From a candidate division WOR-3 bacterium (GTDB taxonomy: Bacteria > Hydrothermota > UBA3072 > WFRC01), in contig WFRC01000349.1 of the NCBI GenBank assembly GCA_015486685.1, positions 1 through 27,783 of the forward strand: 27,783 nt of DNA, given 5' to 3'. Within the stretch, counting starts at the first letter, position 1, and every line of letters starts with the position of its first letter. Below, piece by piece: positions 16,707 to 26,156 of the stretch. A program made the translations under genes and the position numbers. The notes beneath the pieces are model-generated. The model was not told the DNA's origin. It saw only the letters and a program-made list of their open reading frames with translations, and did no database searches.

Positions 16707-17376
16707 AATCTTAAAGGTAAACAACATTCACAAGATATATGAAACACCTGGTGAGAAACTTTATATATTAAAGGGATTGAACTTTATTCAAAAGAGGGAA
16801 GAAATATCACTCATAATAGGACCCTCCGGGGTTGGGAAAAGCACATTCCTACATATTGTTGGTGGACTAAATAAGCCTTCGCAGGGTGAAGTCTTTATTG
16901 ATAATACTCCATTTTATAGAGTAAATGAACCCAAAAGGGCATTTTTAAGAAATAAATACATAGGTTTTGTATTTCAATTCCATTACCTTCTATCAGATTT
17001 TACGGCAATTGAAAATGTTATGATGCCCCTATTGTTAAATGGAGTACCCGCTGTATCTGCTAAAAAAAAGGCTCAGGAAATGCTGTCCATCTGTAAAATT
17101 ACCGGGAGGTGGAATCATCTTCCATCTGAACTGTCCGGGGGAGAGAAACAGAGGGTAGCAATCGCAAGAAGTATAGTAAACGATCCACTTGTCCTGCTTG
17201 CCGATGAACCAACAGGGGACTTAGACCCTGAGCATCAGGAGGATATTATTACCCTATTTCAATCTCTAAATCAAGAAAAAAAAATGAGCATAATTATAGT
17301 TTCTCACAATAAAGGACTTGAAAAAATTGCAAATAATGTTTATATTTTAGGTGATGGAAAACTGGAGAAAATATGA
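16699..17376 (+). CDS. lolD: Lipoprotein-releasing ABC transporter ATP-binding protein
   Basis: GPSGVGKST, FVFQFHYLL, LSGGEKQRVAIAR, LADEPTGDLD. Adjacent to lolC/E. Confidence 0.85.
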   Translation: MNEILKVNNIHKIYETPGEKLYILKGLNFIQKREEISLIIGPSGVGKSTFLHIVGGLNKPSQGEVFIDNTPFYRVNEPKRAFLRNKYIGFVFQFHYLLSDFTAIENVMMPLLLNGVPAVSAKKKAQEMLSICKITGRWNHLPSELSGGEKQRVAIARSIVNDPLVLLADEPTGDLDPEHQEDIITLFQSLNQEKKMSIIIVSHNKGLEKIANNVYILGDGKLEKI

Positions 17377-17828
17377 AGTGTGATATGTGCGGTGAAAATG
17401 ATGCCATATATCATTTCACAGAAGTTGTAGATGGTAAAATAAAGGTGTATCACCTTTGTGCTGAATGTGCGGCAAAAAAGGGTGGTATCCCCTATCCTGT
17501 TATTAAAAAAGAAAAGGAAACAGAAGATATAAAGTGTCCTGAATGCGGTCTTACATATAAAGAATTCACACAGACAGGTAAATTTGGATGCCCTGAGTGT
17601 TATAATACATTTAGAGAAAGGATTAAACCCCTTTTAATCAAGATTCATAACAGTTCACAACATTCCGGTAAAATCTTAATTAAAGACGAAAGAACAATCA
17701 CCCTGAAAAGAAATATCAGACAATTAAGAAAAGAGTTGAAAAAGGCACTGGAAACGGAATCTTATGAGAACGCCGCAAAAATAAAAGAGGAGTTAAGCCA
17801 TTATGAAAAGGATTTGAAAGAATTATGA
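17373..17828 (+). CDS. mcsA: McsB activator McsA (CXXC motifs + UVR domain)
   Basis: Four CXXC motifs, FGCPECY, C-terminal E.YE.AA.IK UVR motif. Lies upstream of mcsB. Confidence 0.9.
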   Translation: MKCDMCGENDAIYHFTEVVDGKIKVYHLCAECAAKKGGIPYPVIKKEKETEDIKCPECGLTYKEFTQTGKFGCPECYNTFRERIKPLLIKIHNSSQHSGKILIKDERTITLKRNIRQLRKELKKALETESYENAAKIKEELSHYEKDLKEL

Positions 17829-18880
17829 TTCCTGAATATCTTATTAGTGAAACACCATTCTGGCTTAAGGAAGAGGGATTATTTTCCGAGATTGTGCTTT
17901 CTTCAAGGGTAAGGATTGCAAGAAATTTGGAAGATACCTTCTTTGTGCAGAGGGCATCCGCTGATATCCTTCAGGAAACGATGGAAAAGATAAAAGAGTC
18001 TATCTTGAATATGAAAAATATCAGGAGTTTTATATATATGGGTAGTTTGAACCCCGTTGAAAGGCAATTTTTAATGGAGAGAAGAATCGTATCACATGAT
18101 ATTGTGGAAAAGGTCAAATATGCGGGAGTTGGAATAAGCAATGATGAAAAAGCAGGTGTAATGGTTAATGAAGAAGACCATATCCGTATATACGGTATAA
18201 TGCCGGGATTAAATTTCACAGAGGCTTATGAATCTGCTGATGATATTGACAACTTTATCTCCAAAGAACTCGATATTGCTTACGATAAAGAGTTCGGATA
18301 CTTAACTGCCTGTCCTACAAATGTGGGGACAGGGATGAGGGCATCTGTTCTAATCCATCTGCCTGCACTTGTTTTAACAAAAGAGATAGATAAGGCATTA
18401 AGAAGTTTCTCTCAGATGGGATACCTTATTAGAGGATTATATGGCGAAGGCACACAGGTTCAGGGAAATATGTTTCAAATAACAAATCAAAGGACACTGG
18501 GTATATCAGAGGAAAAAATCATCCAGAATCTTTCGAAAATGGTCAGGGAACTCATAAACTATGAACTAAATGCCCGAGAAATACTTGTAAAAAATGCAAA
18601 ATATGAAGTAGAAGATAAAATCTGGAGGGCATATGCAATACTCTCAAGTGCAAGGTTATTAACCTCAGAAGAGGTAATAAATCTGGCATCGGCAGTAAGG
18701 TTTGGCATAGGGTTAGGAATTATTACAAGTATCCCTATCAAAACCCTGAATAAACTTCTTGTCCTCACTCAACCTGCCCATATTCAAATCATATTTGAAA
18801 AAAATATGCATGCAGAAGAAAGAGATATAACAAGGGCTGAATTTGTCAGAAAAATTTTATCAGGAGGTGAAAATGGATGA
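17825..18880 (+). CDS. mcsB: Protein-arginine kinase
   Basis: [31 protein letters not shown] and RGLYGEG motifs. Confidence 0.93.
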   Translation: MIPEYLISETPFWLKEEGLFSEIVLSSRVRIARNLEDTFFVQRASADILQETMEKIKESILNMKNIRSFIYMGSLNPVERQFLMERRIVSHDIVEKVKYAGVGISNDEKAGVMVNEEDHIRIYGIMPGLNFTEAYESADDIDNFISKELDIAYDKEFGYLTACPTNVGTGMRASVLIHLPALVLTKEIDKALRSFSQMGYLIRGLYGEGTQVQGNMFQITNQRTLGISEEKIIQNLSKMVRELINYELNAREILVKNAKYEVEDKIWRAYAILSSARLLTSEEVINLASAVRFGIGLGIITSIPIKTLNKLLVLTQPAHIQIIFEKNMHAEERDITRAEFVRKILSGGENG

Positions 18881-21302
18881 TATATACACACCAAGGGTAA
18901 GACGCATCCTTCAAATAGCAAGAGCAGAAGCAAGTAGACTACAAAATGACCATATAGGGCCTGAGCACATACTCCTCGCATTAATTAAAGAGGGCTCAGG
19001 TATTGCCCTCAGAATCTTGAAAGAAATGGGGGTAAACATATTCGACCTGAGAAAGGCTATTGAATCAAGCATCGCCGAGACATCAGGAAGCGTTGTTTCT
19101 TCCGCATTAGAGCTGGATAATGAAGCACAGGAATCAATAAGGGGTGCGGTTGAGGAATCCCGTATGTTCGGGCATTCATATATTGGAACCGAGCACCTCC
19201 TTCTTGGGATATTAAAGGTAAGAGAAAGTCTTGCTGCACAAATGTTGATGAATTTTGGCGTAGATTTCATTGATGCAAAGAGGACAATCATCCAACTTTT
19301 TTCCAAAATGCCTCATCAAGGTGGAATAAGGAGAGAGTCCAAAACACCCGCATTAGATTTTTATTGCAGAGACCTGAACAAACTCGCAGCAGAAGAAAAA
19401 CTTGACCCCATCATTGGAAGGGAAACAGAAATAGATAGGGTAATACAGATACTTTCCAGGAGGAAAAAGAATAACCCTGTTCTCATTGGTGAACCCGGAG
19501 TAGGGAAAACAGCCATAGTTGAAGGATTAGCACAAAGAATTATTGCCAAAAAAGTACCTGAACTATTATTTGAGAAAAGGGTTTTAGGACTTGATTTAGC
19601 CTCTGTGGTTGCTGGAACAAAGTATAGAGGACAATTTGAAGAAAGGCTTAAGGCAATCTTAAACGAAATAAAACAATCAAATGAGGTAATTCTCTTTATT
19701 GATGAACTGCATACAATCGTAGGCGCAGGGGCAGCAGAAGGTGCCATAGATGCCTCTAATATGCTAAAACCTGCTCTTGCCCGTGGCGAAATTCAATGCA
19801 TCGGAGCAACAACAATGGAAGAGTATAGAAAATATATTGAGAAGGACGGTGCATTGGAAAGGAGATTTCAGGTAGTTATGGTTGACCCTCCCGATGTTGA
19901 ACAAACCATTGATATACTGAAAGGTTTGAAAGAAAAATATGAAGAACACCACGGGGTAGCGTATTCAGAAAGTGCCATAGAAGCATCAGCATACCTTTCT
20001 GATAAATATATTACAGACAGATACCTGCCTGATAAAGCAATAGATGTAATAGATGAATCAGGTGCAAGGGTAAAACTGATGAAATCACCACCACCCGATA
20101 AAATAATAGAGAAGGAAAAAGAGCTTGAAGATATAAGGTTAAAATTAAATAAAGCCGTTAATACACAGGATTACAACACTGCTGCCGATTTGAGAGATAA
20201 AAGGGACAAAGTTGCTGCAGAACTTGATGAAATAAGAGAACAGTGGAAGATGGAAAGTTACGAAAAATTAGGGCAGGTTACAGAAGAAGATGTCCGACAG
20301 GTAATTTCAATGTGGACAGGTATACCACTTGTAAAACTCAAAGAACAGGAGACAGAAAAACTTCTCAAAATGGAAAGTGAATTGAAAAAAAGGATTGTGG
20401 GACAGGATGAAGCAATAACCATTATGGCAAAGGCAATAAGAAGAGGAAGGGTGGGATTGAAAGATCCAAAAAGGCCTATTGGCACATTCATATTTTTGGG
20501 GCCCACAGGGGTTGGAAAAACAGAATTGGCAAAACAACTTGCAGCATTTCTATTCAACAGCGAAAATGCCCTTATAAGAATGGATATGAGCGAATATATG
20601 GAAAAATTCAATATATCAAAATTGATTGGCGCACCTCCCGGGTATGTAGGATATGACGAAGGGGGACAGTTAACTGAAAAGGTAAGGAGACGTCCATATT
20701 CCGTTGTGCTATTTGATGAAATAGAAAAGGCACATCCGGATATATTCAATATCTTGCTTCAAATACTTGAAGATGGGGAATTGACAGACGCATTTGGGAG
20801 AAAGGTAAACTTCAAAAATACCGTCATTATACTCACTTCCAATATCGGTTCAAGGGAAATAATGAGTTCATCACGGGTAGGTTTCCAATCAGAAGGCAAA
20901 GAGGTCTCTTATAACACAATGAAAGAAAGGCTCCTCAGCGAAGTAAAAAGAACATTTAATCCCGAATTTCTCAACAGGCTTGATGAGGTAATTGTATTCC
21001 ACTCATTAGGAAAAGAAGAAATGAAAAAGATTGTGGATATTCTATTCAGAGATGTTGCGAAGAGGGTAAAGGAAAAAAATATTGAAATCACTCTGGGCGA
21101 AGATGCCTGTGAATTTTTGATTGAAAAAGGATTTGACCCTGAATATGGAGCAAGACCACTAAGGCGAACTATTCAGAGATATCTAGAAGACCCTCTTACA
21201 GATGAAATATTAAAGGAAAGATGGAAAGAGGAAGATGAAATAATAGTCCATAGAGGAGATACCAATCTGATATTTGAGAGTTTGACACCTGTAAAGGTTT
21301 AG
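18873..21302 (+). CDS. clpC: ATP-dependent Clp protease ATP-binding subunit ClpC
   Basis: Two Clp-N repeats, [11 protein letters not shown] middle domain, [11 protein letters not shown] ClpP-docking loop. Start moved to 18873 because of SD AGGAGGTGA at 18862-18870. Confidence 0.96.
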   Translation: MDDIYTPRVRRILQIARAEASRLQNDHIGPEHILLALIKEGSGIALRILKEMGVNIFDLRKAIESSIAETSGSVVSSALELDNEAQESIRGAVEESRMFGHSYIGTEHLLLGILKVRESLAAQMLMNFGVDFIDAKRTIIQLFSKMPHQGGIRRESKTPALDFYCRDLNKLAAEEKLDPIIGRETEIDRVIQILSRRKKNNPVLIGEPGVGKTAIVEGLAQRIIAKKVPELLFEKRVLGLDLASVVAGTKYRGQFEERLKAILNEIKQSNEVILFIDELHTIVGAGAAEGAIDASNMLKPALARGEIQCIGATTMEEYRKYIEKDGALERRFQVVMVDPPDVEQTIDILKGLKEKYEEHHGVAYSESAIEASAYLSDKYITDRYLPDKAIDVIDESGARVKLMKSPPPDKIIEKEKELEDIRLKLNKAVNTQDYNTAADLRDKRDKVAAELDEIREQWKMESYEKLGQVTEEDVRQVISMWTGIPLVKLKEQETEKLLKMESELKKRIVGQDEAITIMAKAIRRGRVGLKDPKRPIGTFIFLGPTGVGKTELAKQLAAFLFNSENALIRMDMSEYMEKFNISKLIGAPPGYVGYDEGGQLTEKVRRRPYSVVLFDEIEKAHPDIFNILLQILEDGELTDAFGRKVNFKNTVIILTSNIGSREIMSSSRVGFQSEGKEVSYNTMKERLLSEVKRTFNPEFLNRLDEVIVFHSLGKEEMKKIVDILFRDVAKRVKEKNIEITLGEDACEFLIEKGFDPEYGARPLRRTIQRYLEDPLTDEILKERWKEEDEIIVHRGDTNLIFESLTPVKV

Positions 21303-21523
21303 AGACAGTTGGAAGCCGGTGGCAGAAATACGCTAACCGCTTACCGCTAAAAGGATATTTGCCAGGATGATGTAGGAGGGGTTTCCCAGCCCCGATGAGA
21401 AGTGAGATTTAATGCAAAATGAAGATTGCAAAGTGCAAAATCAACGAAACCAACGAGATAAACCAGATAAACGAAACAAACGAAATCAACGAAAGGAACG
21501 AAATGAACGAAATGAACGAAATA
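21303..21523. repeat. Repeat mosaic between clpC and the ROK gene
   Basis: 7-mer runs (CGCTAAC/CGCTTAC; AATGCAA-like), GTAG-type palindrome GTAGGAGGGGTTTCCCAGCCCCGAT at 21372-21396, nine 9-nt AACGAAA.. units at 21443-21523. Confidence 0.9.
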
Positions 21524-22468
21524 ATCTGCGGAATTGATGTTGGTGGCACATTTATAAAGGCTGGGGCTGTTCGGGATGGTAAAATTCTCGCTCAATCATC
21601 TTTACCTACCCCCCACTCCTCAGAAAAGGATATCATGCAGAGCCTGATAGACATTATTAAAGATTTTCAGATTTATAAGATTGAGGCTGTTGGAATAGGT
21701 TTTGCAGGGCTTGTAAATTCCAAAAAGGGTATTGTTTACTCATCTCCAAATTTCCCTGAAATTCACAATTTTAATGTAGTTCGCAAGCTTAAACAGAAAC
21801 TTAATCTGCCTGTTTTTATACACAATGATGCAAGCCTCTATACCCTTGGGGAAGCAATATTTGGTGCAGGAAAGGGCAAAAAATATATATTGGGTTTAAC
21901 ACTTGGAACAGGTGTTGGAGGAGGGATTATTATTAACAAAAAAATATATGGGGGTATAAACGGCTTTGCAGGAGAAATTGGCCATACTACAATAGATATA
22001 AATGGAGAAAAATGCGGATGCGGAAATACAGGATGTCTGGAAAAATATGTTGCAGCAAACGCTATTATTAATAGGGCAAAGAAAGAGATTAAAGAACAAA
22101 ATTCAAAACTGAGAGATATTAAGGAAATTACACCTGAGATTATATCACATTTTGCAAATAAAGGCGATAGAGTTGCTGTAAAGGTAATAAAGGAAACGGG
22201 AAAACTATTGGGCGTGGGAATTGCCTCTCTTATAAATGTCTTAAACCCGGAGATTGTAATTATTGGCGGCGGCATCGCAAATGCAGGAGAAACACTTTTT
22301 GAAAGCATCAGAAAAGAAGTACATAAAAGGTCATATCTGACAAAAATAAATAAAGTAGAAATTGTGCCTGCTCAGCTTGGTTCAGGGGCTGGTATCCTTG
22401 GCGCCTATCAGTTTGTCCTTGAAAAAATGTTCAAATTGGAATTGGGAATTCACAATTCACAAGACTGA
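21503..22468 (+). CDS. ROK-family sugar kinase (glucokinase-like); start 21503 or 21512
   Basis: GIDVGGT, NDA, TLGTGVGGG, GEIGH and CGCGNTGCLE motifs. AAGGA at 21493-21497 lies 5 nt before ATG 21503. Confidence 0.9.
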   Translation: MNEMNEIICGIDVGGTFIKAGAVRDGKILAQSSLPTPHSSEKDIMQSLIDIIKDFQIYKIEAVGIGFAGLVNSKKGIVYSSPNFPEIHNFNVVRKLKQKLNLPVFIHNDASLYTLGEAIFGAGKGKKYILGLTLGTGVGGGIIINKKIYGGINGFAGEIGHTTIDINGEKCGCGNTGCLEKYVAANAIINRAKKEIKEQNSKLRDIKEITPEIISHFANKGDRVAVKVIKETGKLLGVGIASLINVLNPEIVIIGGGIANAGETLFESIRKEVHKRSYLTKINKVEIVPAQLGSGAGILGAYQFVLEKMFKLELGIHNSQD

Positions 22469-22497
22469 CCCCAAAAACTGATAGTTATACAACAAAC

Positions 22498-22525
22498 TTG
22501 ACATTTTATTTTTTTTGTTTATTAT
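22498..22525 (+). promoter_or_regulatory. Candidate sigma70 promoter of the two-component operon
   Basis: TTGACA at 22498-22503, 16-nt spacer, TATTAT at 22520-22525. A second TATAAT lies at 22549-22554. Confidence 0.6.
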
Positions 22526-22576
22526 AACATTATGAGATTAAATAGTTATATAATCTGGGAAAGGAATTAAGAATAG

Positions 22577-23260
22577 ATGAGAATCCTTTTAGTTGAAGAT
22601 GATAAAAACATAGCTGGCTTCATTAAGAAAGGGCTAACTGAAGAGAATTACGCTGTGGATGTGTTTTATGACGGGGAAGATGGAGCATATTGGGCAAAGG
22701 AAAATGATTATGACCTTATTATTTTAGATATTATGCTTCCTAAAAAGGATGGAATAGAGGTGTGCAAGGAGATTCGCAGAAAGAATATTATTACTCCTAT
22801 AATTATGCTCACAGCAAAGGATACAATTGAGGATAAAATAAAAGGGCTTGATGAAGGAGCAGATGATTACCTTACAAAACCTTTCTCCTTTGAGGAACTT
22901 TTAGCAAGGGTAAGGGCACTTCTGAGAAGAACACAGAAGTACAAAACAAAAACCTTAAAAGTAGCAGACCTTGAACTGGACCCTGCTATGCGTAAAGTAA
23001 CCCGTGCAGGAAAAGAAATAACACTCACAGGGAAAGAATACGCACTACTTGAGTATATGATGCGAAATAAGGAGAGAGTATTGACAGAGGTTATGATTAT
23101 AGAACACATTTGGGATATAAATTATGACCCTATGACAAATGTTGTTAATGTATATATTCACCATTTAAGGCAAAAAATAGATAAGGGATTTGAGAAAAAA
23201 CTTATTTATACTATCCGTGGTTCAGGATATGTAATCAAAGAGGGTGATAAGAATATTTAA
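22577..23260 (+). CDS. OmpR/PhoB-family response regulator (CusR/CopR-like)
   Basis: LLVEDD, ILDIMLP (phospho-Asp), MLTAKD, GADDYLTKPF, winged helix ending TIRGSGY. Confidence 0.93.
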   Translation: MRILLVEDDKNIAGFIKKGLTEENYAVDVFYDGEDGAYWAKENDYDLIILDIMLPKKDGIEVCKEIRRKNIITPIIMLTAKDTIEDKIKGLDEGADDYLTKPFSFEELLARVRALLRRTQKYKTKTLKVADLELDPAMRKVTRAGKEITLTGKEYALLEYMMRNKERVLTEVMIIEHIWDINYDPMTNVVNVYIHHLRQKIDKGFEKKLIYTIRGSGYVIKEGDKNI

Positions 23261-24659
23261 TTCAATCAGACTAAAATTAACTCTTTGGTATGTAGTAACT
23301 GTTGGGATATTGATATTAGCCTTTGTTTTTGCACTATATTTAAGTTTAAAGGTAAGTCTTGAAAAAGGTGTAGATATATCCCTTCGCACATTTGAAGAAG
23401 AATTAGAAGATGCTTTGCATAGAAGTGCCTATCGGAAATGGAAAAAAGTTGTCAGTAAAGAAAGCGGAGAAGAAATCCCTATAAATATAATGTATGTTCA
23501 GATTTTAAGAATAGTTGACACAGGTAAACAACCGAGCATCTTTGTAAAATCAGCGGCACTGAAGAGTAAAACCTTACCTATTTCTACCACAGCTTATAAG
23601 ACAGCCCTCAAGAACGGAAGGTCATTTGAGACTGTGGAAGGCTTCCATAAACATCCATTAAGAATACTGACCTCCCTTATTAAAAGTAGATGGGGTACAC
23701 CTTTTGTGCTTCAAATAGGAACCCCCTTGAAAGGAATTTTTAATGCACTGGGAAAATTTCTAATTATTCTACTCGTATCTGTCCCTATATTACTAATTCT
23801 TTCAGCATTTGGTGGATATTTTTTCGTTAAAAGAGCCTTTTTCCCTGTAAAAAAGATTGTGAAAACTGTGAAAAGAATTACAGCAGAGAATCTTTCACAT
23901 CGGGTTGAACCGATTAATAGTAAAGATGAAATCGGCGAATTGGCAGAGACTTTTAACGATATGATATCACGATTAGAAAAGTCTTTTGAACATATAAAAC
24001 AATTCTCCAGCGATGTTTCTCACGAACTTAAAACACCCCTAACCGCCATAAAAGGAGAGATTGAAGTAACTTTAAGAAGGAATAGAAAAAAGGATGAGTA
24101 TAAAAAAACACTTAAAAATTTATTGGAGGATATTAATAGACTGGAAGAAATCATTGAAAATTTATTTTTACTTTCACGGATGGATTCTGAAAATCTGAAA
24201 TTTTTGCCCAAAAAATTCGCCCTTGAAGAAACTTTGCTTGAAGCATTTGAGGATATGGAGGCTATTGCAACAAAGAAAAAGGTGCATCTTATCTTGAAGA
24301 ATATTCAAGAGATGGAACTAAAGGGTGAAAGCACTCTAATCAAAAGGGTTTTTACCAATCTGATTAACAATGCAATAAAATATACGCCTGCGGGAGGAAA
24401 AATAGAAATATCCTTGAAGAAAGAAGGTAACTTTGCTAAATTTATCATTAAAGATACAGGGATTGGTATTCCACAGGAAGAAATTCCACATATATTTGAC
24501 AGATTTTATAGAGTAGAAAAGGCACGGTCTCGAGAAGCAGGGGGAAGCGGATTAGGACTTGCCATTGTAAAATGGATAGTTGAAGCCCATAAAGGAAAAA
24601 TAGAAGTAAAAAGCAAAGCAGGTGAAGGCAGTATTTTTATAGTATCTTTTCCCTTCTGA
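23244..24659 (+). CDS. HAMP-domain sensor histidine kinase (CusS-like)
   Basis: Two transmembrane segments, DEIGELAETFN, SHELKTPL, NLINNAIKYT, DTGIGI, GSGLGLAI. GTG start overlaps the regulator gene. Confidence 0.92.
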   Translation: MIRIFNSIRLKLTLWYVVTVGILILAFVFALYLSLKVSLEKGVDISLRTFEEELEDALHRSAYRKWKKVVSKESGEEIPINIMYVQILRIVDTGKQPSIFVKSAALKSKTLPISTTAYKTALKNGRSFETVEGFHKHPLRILTSLIKSRWGTPFVLQIGTPLKGIFNALGKFLIILLVSVPILLILSAFGGYFFVKRAFFPVKKIVKTVKRITAENLSHRVEPINSKDEIGELAETFNDMISRLEKSFEHIKQFSSDVSHELKTPLTAIKGEIEVTLRRNRKKDEYKKTLKNLLEDINRLEEIIENLFLLSRMDSENLKFLPKKFALEETLLEAFEDMEAIATKKKVHLILKNIQEMELKGESTLIKRVFTNLINNAIKYTPAGGKIEISLKKEGNFAKFIIKDTGIGIPQEEIPHIFDRFYRVEKARSREAGGSGLGLAIVKWIVEAHKGKIEVKSKAGEGSIFIVSFPF

Positions 24660-25195
24660 CCCCAATGTCTATTATGCGTCATGCTGAATTCATTTCAGCA
24701 TCTCTCTTTTCCCTGTCATTGCGAGGCTCAATTTATTGAGCCGTGGCAATCTCATTCAATAGGCATCTTCCTTTTTATCTCCCTCCCTTGACGGGAGGAA
24801 TTAAGGGAGGATGAATCTGGAGTGCATTGACCGTGTCAATGCGTCGTTAATCTGTTAATTCCGCATTATTCTTGTCACGAGTCACGGTCACGCATCACGG
24901 TTTTTATTACTTTCCACTTCTCAGTTCCTACTTCTTACTTCCCAGTTCATCTGGGAGTAGGAGGGGCTTCCCAGCCCCGATAATTTCTCTATTTCCTTTT
25001 CCCTGGAATTAAAGTCTTTTTAATTTTTCATTTTGCACTTTTCATTTTTCACTAAATCTTCTCCCTCCCTTAATGTCTACCTGTGCGTGTCCGCACGCAG
25101 ACAGGGGAAGGATAACCTTCTATTTCTCCCCCTCTGGGGGAGATTAAGAGAGGGTGTCTTCTGTTGTTTGAGTTTTTTAATTTTTATGACTGACC
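24660..25195. repeat. Intergenic repeat mosaic
   Basis: GTCA-type elements at 24677-24704 and 24715-24753, CTCCC/GGGAG palindromes at 24779-24813 and 25126-25156, 106-nt block at 24876-24981, TGCGTG/CACGCA hairpin at 25079-25105. Confidence 0.9.
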
Positions 25196-25216
25196 TTAAG
25201 GATATTATTAAAAACT

Positions 25217-25260
25217 TTTAATTTTTATTTAACCCTGATTTAATAATAAGGGTGTATAAT
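25217..25260 (+). promoter_or_regulatory. Activator-dependent promoter with three 11-bp-phased TTTAA boxes
   Basis: TTTAA at 25217, 25228 and 25239. Perfect TATAAT at 25255-25260. No recognisable -35, and the boxes overlap its position. Confidence 0.6.
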
Positions 25261-25274
25261 CAGGTATGAGAAAT

Positions 25275-25308
25275 AAGAAAACAAATGGCAAGTTGTCCAG
25301 CAAGCGTT
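25275..25308 (+). repeat. Left arm of the long inverted repeat flanking the PepSY gene
   Basis: AAGAAAACAAATGGCAAGTTGTCC-AG-CAAGCGTT is the reverse complement of 26084-26115 apart from the 2-nt AG insert. Confidence 0.95.
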
Positions 25309-25340
25309 ATATGAAACTCAACCTTAAAAAGGAGGTAACT

Positions 25341-26072
25341 ATGAAACAAACAAAACTTACCTTGCAAAGATTGTTGATTGTTACATTGATAGGATTGATA
25401 GCATTTGGCAGCAATCTTTTTGCAGGTGAAAGAACCGAGAAACATTTCAAAGGTAGCATTCGGGTCAAAAGAGGTGTTAATTACACCAGACTTGCTAAGA
25501 TCTCTATCCTTGATGTTAACAGAACCATTATGAATAAATACCCTAAATCCACAGTAAAGAGTATTAGTCTTCAAGAAGAAAACGGGTATCTTGTTTATGG
25601 GGTTTTGTTGATAACGAATGGTAAACATCTTGATGTAAAGGTAGATGCAGGTAATGGAAAGATTGTAAAGGTAGATAATGATATGGAAAACGGGAATGCA
25701 GTAGAAAACGAGAATCAGAATGAAAACAACGATGACAATAACAAACAATCTCCTATGTACAAAAGTTCAATCTCAATTACAGGTTCACAGGAAAGAACTA
25801 TGTATAGTCTTGCCAAAATCTCCATAAATGACGCGATAAATTCCGCTACATCAAAGTTTTACGGAAAGGTAGTAAAGGTTAGTTTGGACAATGAAAATGG
25901 AAGTCTTATCTATAGTGTAGGAGTGGCTGGCTCTAATGGAAAAATAACAGATGTAAAGATAGATGCGGGTAATGGCAAAATTCTATCAAGTGATAGCGGA
26001 GGTGATAAGGAAGAATTAAATCGGAATGAAAAAGGCAATGAGACTAATGAAAATGAAAACAGTGAGGATTAA
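25341..26072 (+). CDS. Secreted protein with two PepSY-like domains
   Basis: SD AAGGAGGT 4 nt before ATG 25341, canonical signal peptide, two LAKIS...(Y/G)L(V/I)Y.V...DVK.DAGNGKI repeats, Asn/Glu-rich linkers. Confidence 0.85.
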   Translation: MKQTKLTLQRLLIVTLIGLIAFGSNLFAGERTEKHFKGSIRVKRGVNYTRLAKISILDVNRTIMNKYPKSTVKSISLQEENGYLVYGVLLITNGKHLDVKVDAGNGKIVKVDNDMENGNAVENENQNENNDDNNKQSPMYKSSISITGSQERTMYSLAKISINDAINSATSKFYGKVVKVSLDNENGSLIYSVGVAGSNGKITDVKIDAGNGKILSSDSGGDKEELNRNEKGNETNENENSED

Positions 26073-26083
26073 GTAAAATGAAA

Positions 26084-26115
26084 AACGCTTGGGACAACTT
26101 GCCATTTGTTTTCTT
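26084..26115 (-). repeat. Right arm of the long inverted repeat flanking the PepSY gene
   Basis: AACGCTTG-GGACAACTTGCCATTTGTTTTCTT, starting 12 nt after the stop codon. Confidence 0.95.
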
Positions 26116-26156
26116 GCATTCCTTAAAGTGAAAACAAAAACTAAAAGGAGGTTATA

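Noticed and set aside
18843-18872. Upstream starts given by the ORF track for clpC (18843), PepSY (25266) and the ABC ATPase (26743)
   Set aside because: Strong SDs or gene packing favour 18873, 25341 and 26800. A leaderless start at 25266, 5 nt after TATAAT, is not fully excluded.
21419-21502. N-terminal extension of the ROK ORF (MKIAKCKINETNE...)
   Set aside because: It is translated 7-mer and 9-mer repeat. ROK homology begins at about MNEIICGID, and an SD precedes 21503.
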